The position numbers and the translations under genes were made by a program. 64,000 nucleotides of DNA from an uncultured Spirochaetota bacterium (GTDB taxonomy: Bacteria > Spirochaetota > Spirochaetia > SZUA-6 > CAVTHK01). How positions within the stretch are numbered: the first letter of the stretch is position 1; each line of letters begins with the position of its first letter. The notes beneath the pieces are model-generated. The model worked only from the letters and a program-made list of their open reading frames with translations, was not told the origin of the DNA and made no database searches. Shown piece after piece: positions 57,272 through 64,000 of the stretch. The stretch is taken from assembly GCA_963734495.1 (NCBI GenBank), contig CAVTHK010000001.1:672001-736000 (forward strand), in the 5' to 3' direction.

Positions 57272-58660
57272 CTACAGCCGCGCGTGGGCCTTGAGGATGC
57301 TCGCCAGCCTTTCGCGCACTGCGCAGTTGCGGAAGGCGAACGAGGAGGCGAGGTCGTCGACCTTCGCCTCGCTCGCGCCCTCGAACAGCTTGCCGAACTC
57401 CGGCACCAGCGGCTCGGCGAAGAGGATCTCTCTCACGAGACGGCAGATCTGCCAGGACGCGCCCGACGGGAACGGGTTGTAGCCCGGGAACTCCCTCTCC
57501 ATCAGCGCTTCGATCGGCCCGATGACCTCCCGGATGTGCTCGTCCGTCGCACCCCAGCGGTCCACCCCGAGCCTGGCCTTCTTCTCAGTGATCGGGCGCA
57601 GGAAAGTGTTCCATGGGCTGTCCGCCTTCGTGCAGGCCAGCCCTTGGCCTCCGATGTCCTTGTAAGTCCAGATCGCCCAGCTCGCTTTGTGCTCGTCGTA
57701 GATCTCGAGCTGGTCCTCCAGCACCCGGTAGCGCATCGCATCCTTCTCCGGGTCGCCGGTGTACACGGGTCCGAACTCGCCGACCCAGATCGGAAGGTCT
57801 CGCGACAGCATGAACTCGCTCCGCTGCAGGAACGTGTCGCGCAGCGCCTTCCGGTCCACGTAGCGGCCGCGCGAGACCCCCGGGTATGGGCCGCCGTCGA
57901 CAAAGCCCGGAAGGGCGTAGTCGTGGTTGGTGTACACGACGTTGGGGATCACGTGCTTGAACATGAAGAAGTCGCGCGAGTAGCAGTTGCCCTCGAGGAA
58001 GATGATGTGGTCGGAGTCGACCGCCCGGATCTCCGCGGTGATCTCGTCGTAGTAGTCGGCCACGTACGACTCGCCCGGATCGGCCGGTTCGTTCATGGGG
58101 TTGTAGCCGGCGACCCACGGGTTGCCCTTGTAGCGCGCCGCCATCGCGCGCCAGATGGCGTTGACGCGCTCCTGGAAGTGACGGTGCTCCCAGAACAGTG
58201 CCTTGTGCGTGGCATTGTCCGAGTGCCACGCCTGGTTCTGACCGCCGGGCAGCGAATGCAGGTCGAGGATCGTGTAGATGCCGCGCTCCGCGCACAACGA
58301 CACGGCGCGGTCGATGTGGCGGAAGCCTTCATCCTTGATGACGAAGGGCTGCATGTCGTCCTCGAGGTGGCGGTAGTTGATTGGGATCCGCACCAGGTTC
58401 ATCCCGAGGGACTTGATGAAATCGACGTCCGCCTCCGAGAAGAAATCGGCGAGCAGCCGGTCGAAGAATCGTCGGCACTTTTCCGGTCCGACTGCCTTGA
58501 GGATCGCGGCGCGGTGAGCATGCTCCGAGGACGGGTAGCCCGTGATGAAGTTCTCCATGTTCAGCCAGCCGCCGAGGCAGACGCCGCGCAGCAGGACGGG
58601 CTCGCCCGACCCGTTGACCATGTTCCTGCCCGCGACCTTGAGAAACGGGGTCTTGTCCAT
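57272..58660 (-). CDS. Glycoside hydrolase family 5
   Basis: LRGVCLGGWLNME, VRIPINY, LDLH, acid/base MNEP, nucleophile WVGEFG. Confidence 0.9.
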   Translation of the reverse strand: MDKTPFLKVAGRNMVNGSGEPVLLRGVCLGGWLNMENFITGYPSSEHAHRAAILKAVGPEKCRRFFDRLLADFFSEADVDFIKSLGMNLVRIPINYRHLEDDMQPFVIKDEGFRHIDRAVSLCAERGIYTILDLHSLPGGQNQAWHSDNATHKALFWEHRHFQERVNAIWRAMAARYKGNPWVAGYNPMNEPADPGESYVADYYDEITAEIRAVDSDHIIFLEGNCYSRDFFMFKHVIPNVVYTNHDYALPGFVDGGPYPGVSRGRYVDRKALRDTFLQRSEFMLSRDLPIWVGEFGPVYTGDPEKDAMRYRVLEDQLEIYDEHKASWAIWTYKDIGGQGLACTKADSPWNTFLRPITEKKARLGVDRWGATDEHIREVIGPIEALMEREFPGYNPFPSGASWQICRLVREILFAEPLVPEFGKLFEGASEAKVDDLASSFAFRNCAVRERLASILKAHARL

Positions 58661-58740
58661 GCGCTCTTCGTACCACGTCTCCCGCGGCGGCGCAATCGGT
58701 CGGCACCGACCGCGAGCGCGCGCAGCCCTCGCTGCGGCTG

Positions 58741-59808
58741 TCAGGAGCGGGGGTTGATGAGGATCTTGAGGTGCTCGCGGTTGCGCTTCAGGAGCGAGTC
58801 CAGTCCCCCGGTGACGGCTTCGTCGAGCGGGATGCGGGCGGTGATCAGGCTTTCGGGCTGGAGCTTCCCCTCCCCGATCCACTCGACGGCCTGCTTGAAG
58901 TCTTCGTCGAAGACGTGGGAGAACGAGCCCACGATTTCGGTTTCGTCACAGACCACGGGAAACAGGTTGATCCCCACAGGCTCGTTGTGGAGCCCTGTGA
59001 TGACTACCAGCCCCTTCTTGCGCGCCAGCCGCGGCGCGAGCGCCAGCGTCGTCTGGTTGCCTCCGCACTCGATGACCCGGTCGACGCCGCGGCCGCCGGT
59101 GAGCTCGAAGACCGCGTCGCGGGGATCGACCTCGTCGGGATCGAGCGCCCGCTCCGCCCCGAAGCGCAGGGCAAGCTTCCGACGCGCCTCGAGGGGCTCC
59201 ACGATGAAGATACGCGAGGCGCCGGCCAGCCTGACCACCTGCAGCGTCAGAAGCCCGATTGTCCCGGCGCCGACGATGGCCACCGTGTCTCCGATCCGCA
59301 TTCGGGACCGTCGCACCGCGTGGACGCAGACCGAAGCAGGCTCCGAGAGCGCCCCTACCTCCGTGGGCACGTGCGCGGGGAGTTTGAAGCAGACCTTGGC
59401 CAGTGTGTTGACGTACTCCGCCAACCCGCCGTGGGTGGTGAGCCCCAGGTGAGCCATGCTCTCGCACAGGTGGACATCGTGGCGCTCGCAGTGGCGGCAG
59501 TGGCCGCAGAAGATGATGGGGTCGGGAGCGACGCGGTCGCCGGCCCGGAGACTCGTCACGCCCCTGCCCACCTGCGACACGGTCCCGACGATCTCGTGTC
59601 CGAGGACCATCGGCGCGACCGCGCCGGTGAGCGGATTCGGCCTGTCCACCGGAATGTAGAGCGGCCCGTGAACGTACTCCTCCACGTCGGTTCCGCAGAT
59701 GCCGCACCACTCCACGCGAATCTGGACCTCGCCTTCGCCGGGAGGCGGGGGGTCGGGCACCTCCTCAACTCGCACGTCGTTCCGTTTGTGCCAGACACAA
59801 GCCTTCAC
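58741..59808 (-). CDS. Zn-dependent dehydrogenase (2,3-butanediol/sorbitol dehydrogenase-like)
   Basis: CGICGTD, GHE, CGHCRHC...C, GAGTIG. Confidence 0.92.
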   Translation of the reverse strand: MKACVWHKRNDVRVEEVPDPPPPGEGEVQIRVEWCGICGTDVEEYVHGPLYIPVDRPNPLTGAVAPMVLGHEIVGTVSQVGRGVTSLRAGDRVAPDPIIFCGHCRHCERHDVHLCESMAHLGLTTHGGLAEYVNTLAKVCFKLPAHVPTEVGALSEPASVCVHAVRRSRMRIGDTVAIVGAGTIGLLTLQVVRLAGASRIFIVEPLEARRKLALRFGAERALDPDEVDPRDAVFELTGGRGVDRVIECGGNQTTLALAPRLARKKGLVVITGLHNEPVGINLFPVVCDETEIVGSFSHVFDEDFKQAVEWIGEGKLQPESLITARIPLDEAVTGGLDSLLKRNREHLKILINPRS

Positions 59809-59817
59809 GCTTTCCTC

Positions 59818-60699
59818 CTATCCACGGTAGACGCCGGCGGGTACTCCCGCGACATCCATGCGCGCCAGGAAGAGACTCCCCGCGTCCGGGTGCTCGCTCC
59901 AGTCAGCGTCGCGGTAGCCGCATGAGGCGGTGGTGATGTAGAGGTCCCGCAGATCGGCGCCTCCAAAGGCGCATGAGGTCACAAGATTCGCGCGCGGCAC
60001 GAGCACGGTGCCCAGCAGCTTCCCGCTCCTGGGATCGTAGCGGTTGATCTTCCCCCCGCCATAGAGGGCCACCCAGAGCATGCCCTCGCAGTCCATCGTC
60101 ATCCCGTCGGGAAAGCCGACGGGCTTCGGGATCTCCACCGCCGGACGCCGGCGGCTGATGGCGCCCGAGTCGACGTCGTAATCGAAGGCGTCCACCCGCT
60201 GCGTGACGCTGTCGATGTAGTACATGGTCCGGGCATCCGAGGACCACACGATCCCGTTGGAGCACGAGACGTGCTCGAGCACGCGGGTGACCTTGGCGTT
60301 TCGATCGAGGAAGTACAGCGCCCCTTTGCCGGCGGCCAGGTCGAAGTCCATCGTGCCCGCCCAGAACCGTCCCGCCGGGTCGCACTTGCCGTCGTTGAAC
60401 CGATTGGACGTCACCTCGGCCTCGACCTGCGCGACTACATTCGCCTTGCCGCTTTCCAGGTTCAGCTCGGCGAACCCGCTCTCCACGGTGATCATGACGC
60501 CGCCGCCGGAGCGAGGCACGATCGTGCTCGGGTAATGGTCGAGCGGGATTTCCCGGTTCGACGCCGTCGCCGGGTCAAAGACCATGACCCGCCTGTCGAG
60601 GATGTCGACCCAATAGAGCCGGTCGGCCTCACGGGCCCACAGGGCCCCCTCGCCGAGGTTGGACCGTCGCGCGAACAACCGCTCTGCTCGTTTCTCCAC
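59818..60699 (-). CDS. SMP-30/gluconolactonase family sugar lactonase
   Basis: LGEGALW, NRFNDGKCDPAGRFW, SNGIVW, PDGM, TSCAFGG. Confidence 0.92.
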   Translation of the reverse strand: MEKRAERLFARRSNLGEGALWAREADRLYWVDILDRRVMVFDPATASNREIPLDHYPSTIVPRSGGGVMITVESGFAELNLESGKANVVAQVEAEVTSNRFNDGKCDPAGRFWAGTMDFDLAAGKGALYFLDRNAKVTRVLEHVSCSNGIVWSSDARTMYYIDSVTQRVDAFDYDVDSGAISRRRPAVEIPKPVGFPDGMTMDCEGMLWVALYGGGKINRYDPRSGKLLGTVLVPRANLVTSCAFGGADLRDLYITTASCGYRDADWSEHPDAGSLFLARMDVAGVPAGVYRG

Positions 60700-60794
60700 G
60701 GCTTCCTCCTTGGCCTTCGCCAGCCCCGCGCTCCGCAGGCCTCCCCGTACCTCTAGGTTGATCGCTTCGCCGCCGCTGCCTTATAGTGACGCCC

Positions 60795-61568
60795 ATGGAA
60801 TACGAGACGACGAGCATGTTCGGGATCGCAGGCGAGGTGGCGATCCTCACGGGCGCCGGCGGAGGCATCGGACGGGAGGTGGCGCGCGGTATGGGCCGTC
60901 TCGGCGCCCGGTTGGTGCTCGCCGATCTCGACGAGGCCACGATCGCGCGGGCGGCGGGCGAGCTCGGGGCACAGGGCGTCGACGTGCTGGCGGTGCCGAC
61001 AGACGTCACCAGCGAGCCGAGCGTCGAGGCCATGGCCGCACGCACGGTCGAACGGTACGGCCGCATCGACATCCTGGTCAACTGCGCCGGCCTGCTCCAG
61101 AACCAGACGGCGCTCGACTTCGACATGAACACATGGCAGCGTGTGATGGACGTCAACGTGAAAGGCACCTTCCTCGCGTGCCGGGCGGCCGGCCGGCATA
61201 TGCTGGCGAGGAAGAAGGGGCGCATCGTCAACTTCTCCTCGATCCGGGGAGTGCAGGGCAAGGAGAAGTACCACGCGTACGGTCCCAGCAAGGGGGCGAT
61301 CGACATGTTGACCCGCACGCTGGCGGTCGAGTGGGCAAAGGATGGCATCAATGTCAACGCCGTAGCGCCGACCTTCACACTGACTGACATGAACCGCGCG
61401 TTGCTCGCGGACAAGCGCATGCTCGATTGGGTCCTCAGCCGCATCCCGCAGGGCCGTCTCGGCGAGCCGCAGTGGTTCGTGGGTCCCGTCGTCTTTCTGT
61501 GCTCGCCGTCCGCCGAGTTCATCACCGGGGCGATCCTCTACGTGGACGGAGGCTGGACTGCCGCGTAA
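60795..61568 (+). CDS. SDR family oxidoreductase
   Basis: TGAGGGIG, VNCAG, YGPSK, VDGG; TATAGT 7 nt before ATG 60795. Confidence 0.92.
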   Translation: MEYETTSMFGIAGEVAILTGAGGGIGREVARGMGRLGARLVLADLDEATIARAAGELGAQGVDVLAVPTDVTSEPSVEAMAARTVERYGRIDILVNCAGLLQNQTALDFDMNTWQRVMDVNVKGTFLACRAAGRHMLARKKGRIVNFSSIRGVQGKEKYHAYGPSKGAIDMLTRTLAVEWAKDGINVNAVAPTFTLTDMNRALLADKRMLDWVLSRIPQGRLGEPQWFVGPVVFLCSPSAEFITGAILYVDGGWTAA

Positions 61569-61598
61569 GCAGCCGCATCCGGGCTCGGCGCCGCTCGC

Positions 61599-62297
61599 CT
61601 ACCAGGCCATTCGCTGCCCGGTGTTGTCGACGAAGATCGGGCCGGCAATGTCCCAGGAGCGCTGCGTGAGCGCGAAGAGTTTCTCGGCCACCTCGGAAGG
61701 CTCCGTCACTGCGTTCGGCCCGCCCATGTCGGTCTTCATCCACCCCGGATGGACCGCCAGCACCTTGATCCCTTCGGGCATCAGATAGTTCTGCAGGATC
61801 TTGCTCTGCATGTTCACCGCGACCTTCGACATGCAGTAGCCGACACGGTGCTTGTACTTGCATTCCTCCAGGCGCGCCGCCTCGGAGGAGATGTTCAGCA
61901 GCAGTTTCCGGGAGCCCTTGCGCAACAACGGCAGAAACTTGATCGACACGCGCAGTGTGCCGAAGGCGTTGACGTTCATCATCGGGGCCAGGTTCTCGAA
62001 AATGGTTTCCTCGAGAGGAGGCTCCGGCCGCGACTCGAGCAGGACCCCCGCGTTGTTGATGAGGATGTCGAGGCCTTCTGTCTGCGACGCGATCGCTCGC
62101 TCGGCCTTTTCCACGGAGGTCATGTCGGCGATGTCCAGAGGCACGACAGCCACGTTGGATCCTCCGACCTGCCGCGCGATCGCGGACCGTCGATCGTATT
62201 GGCCGGCGAAGACCCTGCAGCCCGCAGCCGCGAATCGCCGCACGAGCTCGAGCCCCAGGCCCTTGTCGGCTCCCGTCACGAACACCGATTGCGCCAC
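61599..62297 (-). CDS. SDR family oxidoreductase (C-factor-like)
   Basis: TGADKGLG, INNAG, YCMSK, HPGWMKTDMGG. Confidence 0.9.
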   Translation of the reverse strand: MAQSVFVTGADKGLGLELVRRFAAAGCRVFAGQYDRRSAIARQVGGSNVAVVPLDIADMTSVEKAERAIASQTEGLDILINNAGVLLESRPEPPLEETIFENLAPMMNVNAFGTLRVSIKFLPLLRKGSRKLLLNISSEAARLEECKYKHRVGYCMSKVAVNMQSKILQNYLMPEGIKVLAVHPGWMKTDMGGPNAVTEPSEVAEKLFALTQRSWDIAGPIFVDNTGQRMAW

Positions 62298-62482
62298 GGC
62301 TTCCCCGCCCCTTCACGCCGCCCGTCGGACGCATGCCGGGGCGCGGGGCCACGAGCGAACCTCGCACCCGACGGCGTGACGGCAAGGTAGCGCGCCGGCA
62401 GCGGGCGGTCAAGGTGACGCACCGGGACTCCGGGCCGCGGGATTCTGGTCGAACTGGATCTCGGCTGAGGCAATGCGATCTC

Positions 62483-62511
62483 TTGACAGCAGGAATAGCG
62501 CGAAGTAGCCT
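62483..62511 (+). promoter_or_regulatory. Sigma70 promoter of the sugar ABC operon
   Basis: TTGACA, 17 bp, TAGCCT; followed by repeat GTTTCTAGT/GTTTCCAGT (possible operator). Confidence 0.6.
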
Positions 62512-62548
62512 AGTTTCTAGTGTTTCCAGTCTTTTCAGGGAGGTAACT

Positions 62549-63616
62549 ATGAGGAAAGTAACGGCTCTTGTCGTTTCACTGCTGCTGGTCGTCAGCCTCG
62601 GCCTTCTGGCCGGCTGCGCAGGAAAGAAGCCTCCGACAGTGGCGTTCCTTCTCCCGGAGAACGTGACGCCCCGATGGGAGGGAGCTGACGCGCCGCTGTT
62701 CAAGGCGGCGATGCAGAAGCTGATCCCGAACGTTCAGGTTGACGTCCTGAATGCGCTGAACGATCCGAGCAAGCAGCAGTCCCAGGCCGAAGCGGAGCTC
62801 ACGAAGGGCGCCAAGGTGCTCGTGGTCGCGGCTGTGGACCAGAAGGCTGCCGCGGTCATCGTCAACGCGGCGAACAAGCAGAAGGTCCCGGTGATCGCGT
62901 ATGACCGGCTGATCCGAGAGTCGCCGCTTGACTACTATGTCTCATTCGACAGCGTCGCCGTCGGCAAAGCAGAAGCGCAGTGGATAGCTGACAACACGAA
63001 GCAGGGCGCTCGGCTTGTGATCATCAACGGATCGCCGACGGACGACAACGCGCACCTGGTGAATCAGGGCATCCACGCGGTGCTCGATCCGCTGTTCAGC
63101 TCGAAGGCGCGCGTTTTGGTCGATGAGCAGTGGACGCCGGGCTGGGATCCCAGCAAGGCCCAGAATGAGATGGAGCAGATCCTGACAAAGGCCAACAACA
63201 AGGTCGACGGGGTCGTCTCGGCGAATGACGGAATGGCGGGCGGCATCATCGCCGCGCTCAAGGCACAGAAGCTCGCGGGCAAGGTCAAGACGACCGGCCA
63301 GGACGCTTCTCTCGAGGGCGTGCAGAACGTGCTCCTCGGATACCAGGGAACGACGGTGTTCAAGGACTTCCGGCTGCAGGCTCCGGCAGCGGCTGACATC
63401 GCGGCTGCGATCGTGCTAGGGAAGAAGCCCACGAGCACGAACGCGACGGTCAAGAATGGCCAGGTGGACGTGCCGTCGGTCATGCTGCAGGTGGTTCCCA
63501 TAGACCAGGGCAATGTCAAGACGCTCGCTACCAACGGCTGGATAGACAGCCAGTTCGGAGGGGTCAGCAAGGTCATGACTGGCCTGCCAGCGGACGCAGG
63601 CAAGTTGCTGCAGTAG
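62549..63616 (+). CDS. Monosaccharide ABC transporter binding lipoprotein (XylF-like)
   Basis: Lipobox [40 protein letters not shown]. Confidence 0.9.
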   Translation: MRKVTALVVSLLLVVSLGLLAGCAGKKPPTVAFLLPENVTPRWEGADAPLFKAAMQKLIPNVQVDVLNALNDPSKQQSQAEAELTKGAKVLVVAAVDQKAAAVIVNAANKQKVPVIAYDRLIRESPLDYYVSFDSVAVGKAEAQWIADNTKQGARLVIINGSPTDDNAHLVNQGIHAVLDPLFSSKARVLVDEQWTPGWDPSKAQNEMEQILTKANNKVDGVVSANDGMAGGIIAALKAQKLAGKVKTTGQDASLEGVQNVLLGYQGTTVFKDFRLQAPAAADIAAAIVLGKKPTSTNATVKNGQVDVPSVMLQVVPIDQGNVKTLATNGWIDSQFGGVSKVMTGLPADAGKLLQ

Positions 63617-63638
63617 CCCACCATTGCCTGGCACCACG

Positions 63639-64000
63639 ATGACACAGGAGGAAGGAGGCGGCCGACCGGCCGCCTCCTCCGCGCGCACGCCGATTCTCAA
63701 GATGCGCGGGATCTCGAAGCGGTATGGCGCTGTGCAGGCCCTCACGAAGGTCGACTTCGAAGTCTACGCAGGCGAAGTCGTGGCGCTCGTCGGCGACAAC
63801 GGAGCAGGGAAGTCCACCCTGATCAAATGCGTCGCCGGGACGCACACTCCCGATGAGGGGACGATACTGTTCGACGGGAAGGAGGTCCATCTCCATATGC
63901 CGAGCGATGCCACGCGGCTCGGCATCGAGACCGTCTACCAGGATCTGGCGGTCTGCGACAATTTGGACGTCGTTCAGAATATGTTCCTCGGGCGGGAGCG
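63639..64000 (+). CDS. Sugar ABC transporter ATP-binding protein, truncated by window end
   Basis: [11 protein letters not shown]...[19 protein letters not shown]...[10 protein letters not shown] read directly from the sequence. Confidence 0.9.
   Translation, partial: MTQEEGGGRPAASSARTPILKMRGISKRYGAVQALTKVDFEVYAGEVVALVGDNGAGKSTLIKCVAGTHTPDEGTILFDGKEVHLHMPSDATRLGIETVYQDLAVCDNLDVVQNMFLGRE

Noticed and set aside
18143-59925. Many long antisense or alternate-frame ORFs (e.g. 27374-29044, 48544-50391, 57251-59452)
   Set aside because: Shadow ORFs expected at high GC3. They overlap well-supported genes and lack motifs.
1-64000. CRISPR array, rRNA, IS transposase, reverse transcriptase
   Set aside because: No regularly spaced repeats, rRNA-like tracts, or DDE/RT motifs were seen by eye.

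Overview
High-GC (about 70% by eye) bacterial chromosome segment, most likely from a free-living spirochaete. The evidence is an SthK-like channel and the pyrG-lptCAB-rpoN-hpf-hprK-ptsH-...-holA gene order. Bases 1-30.5 kb are core genome: jag, two aldo/keto reductases, argC, a 2-oxoacid:ferredoxin oxidoreductase operon, a cyclic-nucleotide-gated K+ channel, nth, a DnaA-box-like intergenic region, and a long minus-strand gene run from ymdB/pyrG to lexA/holA. tRNA-Leu(CAG) at 30519-30604 is the insertion site of a 14.8-kb capsid-less, phage-satellite-like element bounded by an exact 54-bp direct repeat (30551-30604 and 45337-45390). The element carries a tyrosine integrase, an Xis-like HTH protein, a DnaB-N/AAA_25 helicase with an iteron cluster, and a TYW3-like orphan. 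Its defence cargo is a two-methyltransferase (NPPF + NPPY) Type I R-M system, a Panacea antitoxin/PemK-like toxin pair, and an orphan membrane protein. A decayed second element follows (scrambled integrase, DUF5681 relic, two SCO genes). The rest of the window is a three-sulfatase/ABC-transporter locus and sugar catabolism genes. About ten genes look leaderless, and the pyrG promoter has a geometry that suggests CTP-sensitive start-site selection. Patchy single-base indels, including in pyrG and lptC, point to long-read assembly errors, so frameshifts are not taken as proof of pseudogenes. All family calls come from motif recognition by eye, not from database searches.
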